Positions 1 through 13,297 of a DNA stretch of 64,000 nucleotides are shown in pieces (positions within the stretch are counted from its first letter, which is position 1; the number at the start of each line of letters is the position of its first letter). The stretch lies in NCBI GenBank assembly GCA_965655095.1, contig OZ296650.1, positions 68,758,001 to 68,822,000 of the forward strand, given 5' to 3'. Under the pieces are notes generated by a model that saw only the letters and a list, made by a program, of their open reading frames with translations, searched no databases and had not been told where the DNA came from. Made by a program: the position numbers and the translations under genes. The stretch comes from Haplodiscus bocki. Taxonomy: Eukaryota.

Positions 1-446
1 TGGAAACAGTGAGGTCTGATCTGAAATGATATTTTTGCTTGTTTATCCGCCGGAACTTTTTGACCAGAGGCCATTCTAACAGAATTGAAGAAAGGTTTTT
101 CTAAAGTTAAAGATTTAGGATTAGTTAAGTTAATGTCATTAAATAAAGATTCAGGTAAAGCATTAGCACAAGAGCCTGTATCGATCAGAGCTCTTCGTTT
201 AATTTGATTAGAAAACTTCAATCGAACATAAGAAAGGTTTTCTCCCTCTAATGGAAGAACAGCACACATCTCTGGCGGATCTATGTGAGAAAATTCATTA
301 CATGTGTCTGGCTTTTTTGACTGGACTTTCTTTACATGTTTGGCTTTTGTTGATCCTTGTGCTGCATAATTAGTTTTTTGGATTCTGATTAAAAGGATTT
401 TGTGCTCCACGACGCGGAGGATTTTTGCGTACTGTACAATTTGTCG
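1..446 (-). CDS. pol: pol N-terminus, retropepsin-like aspartic protease (partial)
   Basis: Manual translation MCAVLPLEGENLSYVRLKFSNQIKRRALIDTGSCANALPESLF contains the LIDTGS active-site motif. The frame is open from 446 to the window edge and overlaps the gag end. Confidence 0.85.
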
Positions 447-1697
447 CTAAGTGATTAGGATAGCCACATTTATGACAGGTGATCTGAGTTTGTTGCGTAT
501 AAGGCATGTAATTAGGATCTGGAGTAAATACTTCAAACGAGAGTTGCGGTTTGAAATTTGAACTCTGAGGCTGTGCGTTTTGATTTTCAAAATTTTGATT
601 TTGAAAGTTTTGATTTTGAGGTTGGAAACTGGAAGATTGCGGCTGAAAAAAAAAGAAATTTGATTTTTGCTGCGGAAAGTTTTGATAGGACTGTTGTCGT
701 GGCGTATATGAACTTTGGTTCTGATTCTGCCATTGATGTCTTTGATAATTTGGTCGAGGTCCTCTGAATTCTCTATTAGTACCGCGGAAGCGGCCTTTAG
801 ACTTTCCGCGATTATTACCTCTAAAGGAATTGGAGTTTTGACCACCGTTTTGCGAAAAAGAGCCCCTTTCGGGCTGTTGTGTTTGGTTTTTCTGAAAAGT
901 GTTGAATTGGTTCGTTAAAGTAGTATTTCGCTCCTCGATCTTTTTTGACAATTCGTTTAATCGATTGTCCATTGCTTCTTGACTCGTGCTCAATTTTGTA
1001 AGAGCAGTAACTAGTGTATCAATAACCGAATGTCCCATTTCGCAAAATGCGTCCATGACTGAATCGTCTGTTTTGCAAAGGTTATGAATTGACAATTATT
1101 TTCGCGCAAAAATACATAAATCTTCTACTGTAGTATTTTCCGGCTGCTCGAGCAACTTTGCACGTAGCCATCCAGGCATATTTTTGATAAATTGACGTCT
1201 AATTTGAACTGAACGTGCTTCTTGAGCAGAACGTATTATTTCCGCGCGACGCGCGCTGTATCTTGGTCAAACCGAGTTTGTTCAACAGCAGCATCTGCTG
1301 CATGTGGATCAATTGGAGCAACCGCTGGAGGATCTGGATCCGGATAGGCTTTCGTTGCTTTTGTTTGTAACGTGACCAAAAAAGTTTCAGGCGTGTCTGT
1401 TTCTGAATCAAATTTCATATTTTCGAGTTTGAGGACATGTAATTCTTGTAATTGAGGATTACAAAACCGGTCCCGAAGAGCTGTTATTGAAAGTTCCAAA
1501 TTTTGACGTGTTGCCAGAGGCAAAGTTTGAAAAAATCTTAAGGCAGCATCTCGGAGATGCAACTGTAAAAAGTTTGTTTGCTGATTGGCTGGAAGCGCAG
1601 CTACCGCCAAGACACTTCGAAGCAGGAGTTCAAATTCACGAAAATTTTCTTTTTCTGAACAAGAAAACGGAAAAAGCGTTAGTTGAGGTTGGGCCAT
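370..1697 (-). pseudogene. gag: Gypsy gag, broken by a frameshift near 1240
   Basis: ORF 1236..1697 is capsid-like (FLQLHLRDAALRFFQTL...LRDRF). ORF 370..1095 has a Q/N-rich region and the zinc knuckle CHKCGYPNHLATNC. Confidence 0.85.
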
Positions 1698-3092
1698 GAA
1701 TAAAGATTTAAAATAAAGGTTAAGCTAAGTTAAGATGTTTAAAGATTAGGTTAGTTTAGGTTGAAATAAATAAAAGAAAAACGAAAACTGAAAACTATGC
1801 GTTAAGAAATTATCGTGGAAGAAGAAAAACTACTTTATGATATAAATTTGTTAAGTTTCACAAAAAAATTTCTCGAATAAATGAGAAAAGGTTGCTGCAG
1901 AAAATTCTTTGAAAAGTCTTTTATTCAGTTTTTTGTAAAAACCGTGGAAAGATCAACAGATGAAGAAGAAACGAAGATGACAACTACAGTGTCACCTATC
2001 CAAGAAAACTATTTCAAAATTTCGGAGTTGTTTACAACTCAATTTTTATAAAAGGAAAATTCCAAAACCTTCAGATCAAGAAAATTACTTGAAACAATGT
2101 TAAAGTTAGTGTGATCGAAAGAAAAACAAGTTTGAAAGCGAAAAGTTGAAAGAAAAGGGCGTTGCAAGCTAAATGAAAGCAATTGAGTCGAATTGAAACG
2201 ATCAAAACATCATAAAATTTACTACATCAAAACTGGCTTTTAACTCACCAATACCACTGACTGTTCGTGATTGAATTGAAACTTCACGTCAAACATCTGA
2301 AAGAAAATTGAAATCCCAATGTCGTGTCGTGGTCTTGTCCAAACTGAACTTCAATTGAACATCAATGGAAGAAATTCGTAATAGCAGTGTTGAATTGCGA
2401 TTGTTTGCGACTCAATATTGCTATTCCACAATCAATGCAAATTTACTCCAGAAAAGTTTTTACAATCCAAGCATTGAAATGAAGTGTCCAATGTTTTTGA
2501 GACTTTTGTCCAAAACACACAGCAGATAATTTGGAAGTATTTAGCAAAAGTTCAATGATAATGCCGATCCTTCTCTTGTTTTAGTTTTGCAGTCTTGTGG
2601 ATGTGGAACTGGACTTCAGCTGGGAACTTGATCTGGACATGGATGATGTGGATGGGTTTGGTGGATGACGTGAAGGGATCGCAGCGGGTGGTTGGTAGGG
2701 AGCACAAGTTGACTTTTCAGCCCAAAAAGGATAGTTCTTCTCTGTATTGCATCTTGGATTGTTTCCGAACTGTCACCAAGTTTTAAAATCTTTTTTCAGG
2801 TGTTGTTGAATGTCCTTTCATTATTGGAGACAGCAGTTTATTGGCGAGCGGAAAAGAATCTTGGATGCATGGATCACAATCCTTTTGGGTTAGTTGAGAG
2901 AACCTTTTCAATATTTCAATTATTATTCTTCTGAGCTGTTGATTTTGAGATCAGCTCTCATCAATATTAAATAATCAAATATTTAAGATAGTTTAAAATG
3001 TTAAAATGGTTTACAGTTTATTAAAATGTCAAGGAATTCTGAGTGTAAGTTTCAAGTTCATCTGTCCTCAACTAAGGCAATGTTTCAGTACA

Positions 3093-3767
3093 TGACAGCC
3101 AATAAAGTGCTTTACCTGCTCCGCAGAAACGTTGCAGTGAAAGTACAGACACTTGTAAAACTAGGACTGAACAAGTCTTTGATCTTGCCAGTGCTGGTGT
3201 TCGGTTTCGCATGTGTCTTTCCATCAAGAGCAGATCTCCACCTACTAGAAAAATTCCAGAAGAAGGTAGTGAGATGGATAACGGGGATTAAGACAATGAG
3301 TTATCGAAGCCAACTGAACATCCTGAACATCCTGCCGCTACCAATGTTTCTACAGTTGAACGGTATGCTGCTCCTATCGAAACTCACAAACGAAGAAATG
3401 GGAACCAGCATCAGCCTACCCGAGAGACCCGAAATAAGAGGAAGAAGAAGCGAAATCGTCAAAGTTTGGAAGACACGAACAGAGAAAGGAAGAAGCGAGT
3501 TCGTCTTCAGACTTTGCAGACTCGTCAATCGATTGGACGACTATATCGACTTCATGAACCCGCAAGGACTAAAGAACAGACTTCTAAAATTAATGGGGGA
3601 ATTTGTTGATGAGAAATACTCGGAATCAAACGTGTGCACTTGGCAGCTCTCTTGAGACTGCCCCACGTGCCGCAACTAGTGGACATTATTTTAAAATGAC
3701 GACAGGGGCACTGAGCCCTGCAGCTAAGGCTGCGAATTCCCAAAAACAGCAACAACGCAACAACAAA
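3093..3767 (+). mobile_element. 5'-truncated non-LTR retrotransposon (CR1/L2-like ORF2 C-terminus) with (CAA)n-like tail
   Basis: ANKVLYLLRRN...KSLILPVL...LEKFQKKVVRWI...SYRSQL.ILNILPL...F.FR.CRLVNRL, then WQLS*DCPTCRN. Tail caaaaacagcaacaacgcaacaacaa at ~3741-3767. Confidence 0.8.
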
Positions 3768-4108
3768 TATCGAAGTGAGTTACTATTCAAAAGAGAATTT
3801 TGGAATTTTCGGACGGACGAGATGCTGATGCAAGGATTGAGACTAATAGCTTCCAATCGCATCTGCCTCAGACGTGAGAAACTTTCGGTTGCTCACTTAA
3901 TGGAAAAGGAAAATTTTTGTAGATTTTGACAGATATGAATTAGATTATGGAGACGAGACACCCTTCGATGGTTTGTTTGGAAATTCGGACCCACAAAAAC
4001 ATGATTCAAGCGTTGAAAAAAATACATTTATCAATGAAACTCTCCATTACAGAAGAAATATTTTTGATTGAGATCTTGTTGATGAAGAAAAAATCTATAA
4101 TCACGGGA

Positions 4109-4510
4109 ACTAGACTGAGTTATGGTTTCTAAAAACCAAAACAACAAAAATAATACCTACTTGACCGCTTCATTCAGCCTCTTACTCCGTTTTCTCACCT
4201 TCTTACATTTTTTTCTCCCTTTTCTGAATGATATGCATGAATTCAAACATGTTTTTGTGTAATTGTTCAAATAAAAAGTTGAAGTTGGGGAAAAACTTTA
4301 GGATATGTGGAAAAAAGTTTTTTTGTGTGTTATCTTTGACAGAGACAACAACGCAGGCTACTGATGCGGAAAAAATGGACACAACGACGTAATTTTAAGC
4401 TATCCATGACCAAGTATGGTAAAAATCTGGCTGTCGACGTCCACGAGAAAGTAAACGAATCTTCAAAATATCGAAACTTTTAAGCAATTTCGACTACAAA
4501 AACTTTATTT
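4109..4510 (+). repeat. Left terminal inverted repeat of the Polinton (degenerate)
   Basis: gcaggctactgat and ggtaaaaatctggctgtcgacgtcca (~4353-4443) match the reverse complement of ~23913-24006. Confidence 0.75.
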
Positions 4511-4619
4511 CCCTAATGTTTTGTTTAATTTAACAAAATAGATAAAGTGTCTTTAAATCTAAGGGAAAGAGGGCTCCTATAGAGATAGAAGAAGGTTCAT
4601 CCATGTCACCAGAGAGCAT

Positions 4620-5490
4620 GACTAATTTTGAAAAATACTGCTTTTCAAATGCTGAAACAAAGTATAATTGACAAAATGACTAAAAAAATTTGATCTTAGC
4701 CTGTTAAAAAAAATGAAATTAAAAAAACAGTAGCTGAACCAATTTATGATAGCCTGAGCCTAAAACTAGTGAAAATGATAGACTGTGGAGTAAAAAAACA
4801 TTAAAGGTTATAGATCCATTTTAATCGTAATTGACAGTTTTAATAAACAAGGATGGGGCCTTCCTTTGAAAAAAAACACTGCTCAAACTAAAACAATTGA
4901 GTTCTTTATCCTCACTCATATATTTTTTCGAAAGCTAAATCTGGTTGAAATTGATGTTGGAAGGGACTTTTTGTAAAAAAAATTGTCACTAGTTTACTAA
5001 TTAGCAAAAAAACGGTCAAAGTAGTTACAGATCTAAAGGAGCAGTTTTTTGCTAAAATTGTAAACGGAAAAACGCAAGCTACCTAAAGACTCAGTCCTTA
5101 GCAAAAAGAATGCAGATTGTTTTGATGATCAAAAAAAGTATTTGAATGAATTGATAACGATATCCATTCTTAAACAAAAAAGACCTAAATACAAGTATCC
5201 AAAAAACTTAATAAAATTATTCCATACATTGGCATAAGAATCAACCCTAAAGGAACCACAATTGAAAGTAGGAGTTTTGTAAGATCATCTAATTTACGGA
5301 AAAAAAATTTTAAACTGGTTTCTACAGAGTGGAGTTTTGACCTTCACACCAGAACAGAAATTCTTGAAAAAGCTGTACCAAGTTAATGTCTAGAACATTT
5401 TCTTAGAAAAATTAAAGAACTTTTCCTGAAAACGACATTTTTAACAGAGACACAGGGTAATCAAATGTTTGAAAAACTAAATGTAATTTG
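4620..5490 (+). pseudogene. Polinton rve-family integrase
   Basis: Fragments KGYRSILIVIDSFNKQGWGLPLKKNTAQT, NLVEIDVGRDF (TD.G.EF-like), SKGAVF, and a C-terminal WSFDLH.RTEIL...VPS segment typical of Polinton integrases. Confidence 0.8.
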
Positions 5491-7189
5491 AATAAAAATA
5501 ATAAAATTGACTACGAAACATTATTGTATTCCTGAAAGAGAAGAAGAACAACCAAAGTTTTATTGACATCTAAAATCAAATTAACTTCAACTCGAAACAG
5601 ATGCAAAACAAAAATTAACAAAGGTGAAAAATTTTATAACACAGAAGAGAAAAGTCACGATTGTCAATTCAATATCGTTTTTGAAAATGAATTGTGACTG
5701 TAATATATACATTGAAGAAAATGTTTTAGAAAAGCATAAAAAATCGAATTTTCTGATTGCTAACTATAGCAAAAATTGAACTATTTTTTTTCGTTTTTGT
5801 GATTGTGAAATATGTAAATTTGTTTTTTTAGAAAAAAGAATGAAGTAATTGATTTAAAACCACCAATTAAAAATAGTTGAAAGAACTTGTAAGTAAAGAC
5901 TGAAAACATCATCGTCAGACAATTTCATTGAAAAGGAAGAACGGGAACTGAGAGTTCAGGATATTTATAAACAACCTAATCAAAACTATTTGATATATTA
6001 TGACTAATGTTACTCTACAAAAAAACATTGAGGAAACTGTTAAGAAATTTCTGTTGTAAAAGTTGCGACAAAAGAGCATTAAAGATGAAAAGACAAGTTT
6101 ACAAGACTTAATAAAGACATAAAAAAATTCTTTTGTGATTTCAGTGAAACACATGTTATCAAAGAAGAAAACTATCGTAAACATTAAAGATGTCATACTA
6201 GAAATGTGAAAAACGAATTTTATATTTTTTAATTAGAAATGTCTTCTGAAATTTTTTGTTGATAGGTGTGAATCTTAAATCAAGGTAAATTGTTTTAGTA
6301 GTCCTTTTTTAACAACAGACCGTTTACTTGAACTATTATTTTTTCAAAAACAACATTCATCTGAGAAGAAGATGGACATAATATGAAAAGTTCAGATGTA
6401 AATGTGTTCAAAACAAAATGGTAGACGAAACTTTTAACAGCTTTTTCGTAAAAATTGTGATTGTGTCGAATGAGATAAGATTGATTATGAAAAAAGCGAC
6501 ACGCATGTTAGAGAAATCACAATATATTGTACCAAAAGTATGATTTGAACTTTTTACCATATTTGTTTGTTTCCGTTTGACTTTTTTAAGAGTCATGAAA
6601 AGCGATGGAGTATAAAAAAACTCCTGTAATGTCTGAAAATCTTCATCTTTTTGAACTTAACCACCGAGATTATATATATTTAGTTGAGAAATCTCATAAT
6701 AAAGAAGTTTGTGATGTTTGCTATAATACTGTTAGAAAATGCAGTGTCCATGAAAAAACTTGAAAACCTTTGAAAAATGTAATGAAAAAAAATAGTGAAT
6801 TATATTATTTTTGAGAGTTCTGTAGTGTCTATAATAAATTTTTTTTAACAGGCATACAGCAAGATCAACCTATTGTAATAGTTGTTGTTTTAACTGAAAA
6901 GAAAAATTCAAAGACCTTAAGACCTATTTTTTGTTCAAATTGGATGAAACATTAAAATTGAAAACTCAATCTGGCAACACTAAGCCTTTCAGAGCTTGTG
7001 CGGTTGCGTTACATAAAGATAGTTACCACAAAAATCTAAGATTTGAGGAACATTGTTTTACTGCAGGAAAAAAAAACGAAGTATGAGAAAAGTAAAATAT
7101 TGAACCTCAGGTGTAAGAACCTCATTTAATTTTTGATGAACATAAAAAAATTGAAAAAGAACAAAAAAGTGAAAAAGTGGAATCAAAAT

Positions 7190-10100
7190 GAAATGTAGTA
7201 CTTATGTTAAAAAAGTTTAATGAAAAGATTCGAAAAAAACAGTTAGGCATTAAAAAGACATACAGAACCAAAACCAACAATTAGCTGACAGCACGTTTTC
7301 CTTGAGAGTAAGAAACGATAACAATATTGGTTTTTCTGATATTTGTAATATGTTCGTTTTTAAATCAAATACATCACATGAAAATACCCAAACTCATAAT
7401 TAAATTGATGGGGAAAATGAACCGAATATTTTTTGCTTCAACACCTGAATTAGAAATCAAAATATTACCAATATCAGCTCAACCTTAGTAATGAATGCAA
7501 AAATGTCCGTCATTAAAGAAACTAGTGCCCAATATTTCACAACACCTAAATTTGATTTCTTCCAAAAAACGTTTCTGAGACCACCTTTGTTGAGATAAAA
7601 TGTCAGAAAACCTAACTGATAAAAAGAAGATTAAATACAAAGTCGCTTTTCATGCCTCCTTTGGATAAAAAGTTATTTGAAAAACATAAATTTTTTCAAC
7701 TTTCCCCATAAGTATTTATAACTGACGGAAATTTCAAATCTCAACATGGACTCAATTATGAAAACAGATGTTGAAAATATTGAACTAAGGGGATCAAGAT
7801 GGACGTTTCTTAGGTTTAAAACAGTGAAAGTAATTTTATTTGGAGGAAGAATAGCAAAAAGAGCATCAAATGTAAAGCTACCAAAAGAAATCAAACAACT
7901 GTAAACTTTAAAAGAAACAACTTATGTGGAATATAAGAAAACTCACCTTCCTCATCATCCTACAGGGTATTATCCAAGTATATTAAGTAACTATACAAAA
8001 TATTTTTATGAAATCGAAACAAATGGAATTCAATTTACTGATCGACTGAAAGTTTATGACATTGAAGTATTAGAAGAGTTGAAACGCCTAATTGTAATCG
8101 TTATTGAATTAAATGAAGACAAATCTCTAACTCACCTATATATTTCAAAAATCATTAACAAAGAAATCAATGAGGAAAATCATGAGGGCTAGCATGAGTA
8201 AATCCAGCAGGACAACCTTGAGGATAACCATGCGAAAATCCATGAAGTCAACCAAATGGACAGCCAGGAGGAAATCCAAAAAACTACTCAGAACCGTAGC
8301 TCGCAAAAACACGTTTCAGAAACAAGTGAAGGTTTTGAAATTGAGTCTGGAAAGTTTTTCCAAAATTGAGAAACGACAATTGTTTTAGATTCAAATGAAG
8401 TTCATTATTTCTTAATCGAAGAAATACATGTATTTTCAAAATGATAAGCAACATTACAATGCACATTTTTTATCTAGAAATTGAATGAATACTTCTCATC
8501 AGTAAAGTTTGTTTGAAACATGAAAAATTAAATTAAAAAACGCATCTTGTAAGATTAATTTTCCCAAAACGAAAACCTTTATTCACAAAACATCCGTTTT
8601 CGAAAAATGCCGTTATTACTTTGGTTTTCTTGTGATGTTGAACATAGGTGTGAACATAATATTGGAATCAAAGTTGCAAGTACTGAGAATCCACATCAAA
8701 AAAACCATTATCAAATGATTACTGAACAAAATCAGCTTTAGAACGTTTTCTCCCATTTGGCTGTTATCAGTACTTCAGAAATGATTGTAAAATTAGCTTT
8801 ATAAAACAAAAACAAAAACTAAAAAGAAAACTGTATATTTTTTCCAGCAAACGAATAGAGAACTAAAATTGGTTGGACGCGCAGAAAATGAACACAAAAG
8901 AGAAAAAGAAATTGTTTTCGTGCAGAATAAAATCAAAATAGATGATACTAAAACTTGAGATCAATGCCAACTAAAAGGAAGAAGTAGAGGAGCAGCACGT
9001 CAAATACGAAACTTATATATGTCAAAAAGAATCAATGTTCAGTTATCCGTTTCTTGAAATGTTTATTTCAGTGAATAATAGTTGACTAAGGTTTTTAGAC
9101 TTATAAAAGTTCTTAGATTTATTTTTAGATAAATTAAGAAGCCTATCAAAAGCAGATGCTCTCAAGATGCCAAGAAAGTAGTAATAAATGTAGTCCCCTA
9201 ACCAATAAAAACAGCATATCCCTATAAATACATTCAGGAGACAGAAATTTTTGACGAACCAATCAAAGAAAACAAAAAAGAATTTAACTTAAGTCTAGAT
9301 GGAAAAATACCAGATGAAGAAGAAATAGAACGAACAAACACAAAAATAGAAAAAATAAATCTTGAGGCTGGCACAGATCTAGCTCTGATTTATAATCACT
9401 CTGGTGTTACGTTGTTAAATGATGTTTTCGAAAAATTTACTCATACTTGTTACAAACAATTTAAAAACAACCATAATTTTTTGGACCTTTCATTGGTTCC
9501 AAAAAGGATACCGGATTGAAATACACAAAGAGAGACATAGAACATATCCTGGGAGCGAAGTTAACTTTAGATATTCAGAATGCTATTAGTGATGGAACAT
9601 CTAGATGCTAGATGTTTGTGAAAAAGAGAAATATTTTCTCTGAGCGTTATGAAAACACTTGATTATGAGTCTAACAACTGTGGGAATAACGAATGTCTCA
9701 ACTTCTACCTGATGCGGAAATAAAAAGCGATAAAATGGTCAATTGAAAAAATACAATCAACAGAAGATAGCTCTGATACGAGTTAGGTTTTGGAAGTTGA
9801 AATAAAAGATACAGTTAAAGACAAAGAAGTTTCTTTTATTTTCCCCGTCTGTCCAGAAAATGAAAAATATCAACACTTGAAGGTGCTGATTGCATGAGAA
9901 AAACAAAGTTAAAAGACTTTTAGCCAAAAAAGGAACTAATTTGTGACCACTCAAACAAAGAAAACTCTTTTATACCGGATAAATTTTTAAAACATCTAGT
10001 TTCTCAGCGAATGGAGGTGACAAAAGTACATCGAAAAATACGCTCGAAACAAAAACTATGGCTAAACCCATGTTTATCTAGAAAAACAAGAAAGGGCAGC

Positions 10101-10830
10101 GACAAATACAGAATTTTTGGAAGTATTTTTCAAAATTTATCAGTTTTCGCATTTCATGGGAGGACGATGGAAAATCTATGTTACAGACAACATATCAAAC
10201 GTGTTAAATCTGATGATACTGAAAGAATAAATAACCTACAAAGTAAACCAACATATACGGGAACTAAATCTTGTGCTAACTTTGGTTGTCTTGAATTTGA
10301 AAATCAGAGTGTGATCTTTAAAGGAACCAATCTTTCTAACGATTTTGTTTCATAATTTTCTCTAAATTATTATGATTAAAAGCTTATACAAAAGATTAAA
10401 ATCGAAGTTTTAGGAATCAAAATTAAGTTACCTGGATTGTGACTTAGCTCTTCTTAATTTTAAAACAAAAGGCGTAATCAAAGACCAAAGTGAATCAAAA
10501 GATTGTATTGATTTTGGTAACCTAAACAAAAGTCATGGACTATTCTCAAATTTAAAACAAAATTTGGTTTTCAAAAAATCGAAACTCTTGAAAGTCTATG
10601 GACTGATAGACATTATTGTTTATTAGAAGCAATGTCAAATTCAATTGTTTGTTCAAAGGAATAAAAAGAAGCAAGAAAACTAAAAACAAAAAAACTACTC
10701 GAGACCAAAGTGGATTCACAGTATATAACAAATTTTCAATGGGCAAAAGTGAATATCGAAACTATGTAAAATATTATCGCCACATAAAATTAGGGCATGA
10801 ACTCTCTTTGAAAAAGCTAACAAACTAGCC
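7190..10830 (+). pseudogene. Protein-primed family B DNA polymerase (pPolB)
   Basis: NIELRGSRWTF in the N-terminal region; ESNN..G..MSQLLP (motif A remnant, ~9660-9710); FPVCPE; KLICD; MEVTKVHRKIRSKQKLWL; FHGRTMENL (motif B region); LDCD remnant of the DTDS motif (~10432); KGIKRSK. Confidence 0.85.
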
Positions 10831-11019
10831 TGGAACTTGTTTGATGACAACACAAATTACATAAACATTTATGAATCAACTCCATCGACATAATTTTTTT
10901 GTAATCATATTGCTCAAAAATCTTTTTGCCAATTTCACAGATAATTTTTGTGTTCACCTTTTTAGAGACATGCCAACCAAATGTCGATTCACTTCTCCAA
11001 TAAGACATACAATTGTGTT

Positions 11020-11960
11020 TTAAACTAAATCGAATAGACATTGTCGATCACTATTAATTGATATTACGTTATTAGTCAGTAGAAGAGCATATCTACTACG
11101 TTAATTGTACTGCAGCCACAACAAGTGGTAGGAAATGTTTTCACTTTCTCAGGTTGAGGAGTTCTAAACTCTTCGTGATGTGGTATGTCAGAAACAAACA
11201 AGTTACACCCAAGTCTGTTTCTTGCTGTATAGGTCTTGGAAGTATTGAAACCTTCTGGTGTAATATATGGTCGAAGAGTATTGTTTTTAGACATATGTAT
11301 AAAATAACAGACCTTTTCATTACTTGTTTGAAAAAAATTGTGATGTTCATATACTCCCATTTCTGGATAATTTTCTGTAAGTAACATACATCGAACACTT
11401 GAGACACTTGATTAATAAAAAAAATCGTTGCTGTTTGTTTGCTTTCGAAATTGTTCTCATAGCATAAAACCTACTGAAACCTAGAATGAAACATCAAATC
11501 TCTTTCCCACTCCTAACTCCAAAACCCAGTTATTTTCAGTGGATACGTGTGTATTATGAACAAGTATTTTAGTATATACTAATTTTGTTGCTGATTTGGG
11601 CAAAAAATGCTCTAACATTACATTTTGCAGAGAAACAGTCTGTAGGTAAAGTTGCACAAAGCAACTAAAATCACCTAAAAAAATTCTTTCCTCTGTAGTT
11701 TCACTAGCACAGTTTGTACAGAAGCATCAGTAGCTTTAGCTCTAGGAGCATGACTGACATCATTTTTATGAATAAATCAAAGCGATGTTGATTTTTGTCC
11801 GATTAATTTTTCTAATCTTTTTCAGCGTTTTCTTGATGCTCATCAAAACAAAAAGCATCTTTCAAATAAACTCAAAGTTGATAAAAATTTCTTTTATTAT
11901 TTTTGAAATTAATTGAATGTTGTTGGCGAGTATCAATATTTCGAAGAAAATAGAAAAGTT
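11020..11960 (-). pseudogene. Second, N-terminally shorter major-capsid paralog
   Basis: VYLKDAFCFDEHQEN ... ENYPEMG ... NNTLRPYITPEGF ... GCNLFVSDI ... ISINSDRQCLFDLV*, collinear with the C-terminal part of the adjacent major capsid gene. Confidence 0.7.
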
Positions 11961-11975
11961 ATGAGAAATTTAAAA

Positions 11976-13297
11976 TTACAGTAGGTCAAATTGCCTCTCT
12001 CCATCACTACCAATTGACATGTTTTTTTGGTCAGTAAAATATCATATCCAGTTTATTGTACGGCAACCGCAACAGGTGGTGAAAATTCAAAAGTAAATTT
12101 TACTGAACGAATAGTTGCAAAAACCGCATTATATCGTATGTCAAAAACGTACAAGTTGTATCCAGGTCTAGCGTACTCTGGAAACCCACTGAAAGTGGCA
12201 AATTGTTTTCGTGTAATAAATGATTCAAGAGTTTTGTCTCTAGCTAAATGTCCAAAACAAGATTCAATCTCACCATAAGCTTGAGAAAAACTTCCATGTT
12301 CATAATCACACTACATTCCAACGTCTGGACAGTTTTCAGTACTTATGAAACATTGAGCATTTTTGACAACTGGTTGATGGAATGTATTTTTTTGTGTATG
12401 TTGATAAAATTGGTTTCATTGCATATATCCTATAACAACAAAAAATGGAGCATCATTTCCTTTTTTAACTGCTAAATCAAAAGTCCAATTTTTTTCAGTT
12501 GATACTTTTTTTATGAACAGATCATTTAACATATGTCATATCTTTTGCTGTTCTGGATACCGTTTTGTTCCTACCATAAACTTTGTTGAGAAATGTTTGG
12601 AGTGAAAAGTGGAACAAACCAAGTATTTTCACTAATATGATTTATTCCTCCTTTGGCCTAATATCAGTCACTCTATCAACATCAGTAGCTGCAATTGTAG
12701 GCTTATCGCTAAAATAAATACTATCAATTTTTTTTGGAAAGGGAATTTGCCTTTTAAACCCATTTGACATTTTCTTGATGCTCAACAAAACCAAAAAACG
12801 TGTTTCTTATAAGTTCTAACATGATGAATTCCTTTAGTTGTTGTTTCATCAGTTAATTCTCGTTCGCCGTTTGAACATCTCGATGAAAATCAATTGATTA
12901 ATCATCACTGTTTTCATTATTTTTTATTAGTTTGGACATTAAGCAAGCAATATGAGCATTTTTACAGGTTTTCTGTTTTTTTTTCACTACTATTTATGAA
13001 ATTGTATTCACTAAACGAAGGAATAGGTTCTATATTTAGTGATTTTATATGATCTATATTGACATTATATATCTATAAATGGAATATTAAGATATAAATC
13101 ACCTTATTATCTACTTCGAGATATCTATCCTTCAGAAATAGCAGTAGCTTCTATTGGTAAATCAATAAAAAATATAAAATTCATAATTTACAATGTTTAA
13201 TGGTTATGGAGTAAAACAAAAAAAAACACTTTTAGGGAGAGCTCTTTCTACAAAGTAATCAGTTGCTGATTTAAACCTTTTTAAGAGAAAAAACTCA
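11976..13297 (-). pseudogene. Polinton major capsid protein (copy 1)
   Basis: NAHIACLM...SDD.SIDFHRD...RELTD...GIHHVR...FGFVEHQEN...WFVP...WTFDL...FSQAYGEI...GYNLYVFDIRY...SIGSDGERQFDLL*. Assigned from remembered Polinton capsid motifs and position in the element. Confidence 0.75.

Larger units (their letters stand above)
1..3092 (-). mobile_element. Ty3/Gypsy LTR retrotransposon, 5' part (putative short LTR, PBS, long leader, gag, protease); runs off the window start
   Basis: Minus strand begins TGTACTGAAAC at 3092. PBS-like TGGTGACAG at 2778-2770. Gag with CCHC knuckle is followed by an aspartic protease motif. Confidence 0.85.

Noticed and set aside
3026-3092. N-terminus of the 209-aa ORF as a real start
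   Set aside because: It derives from the antisense strand of the adjacent putative LTR. Only the part after ~3093 is LINE-like.
4102-4108. Possible Polinton TSD (cacggga on the left vs cacgga at 24255-24260)
   Set aside because: Suggestive, but it needs an indel and a degenerate left terminus (actagact vs agtagtct) with extra bases before the arm. Used only as an approximate boundary.
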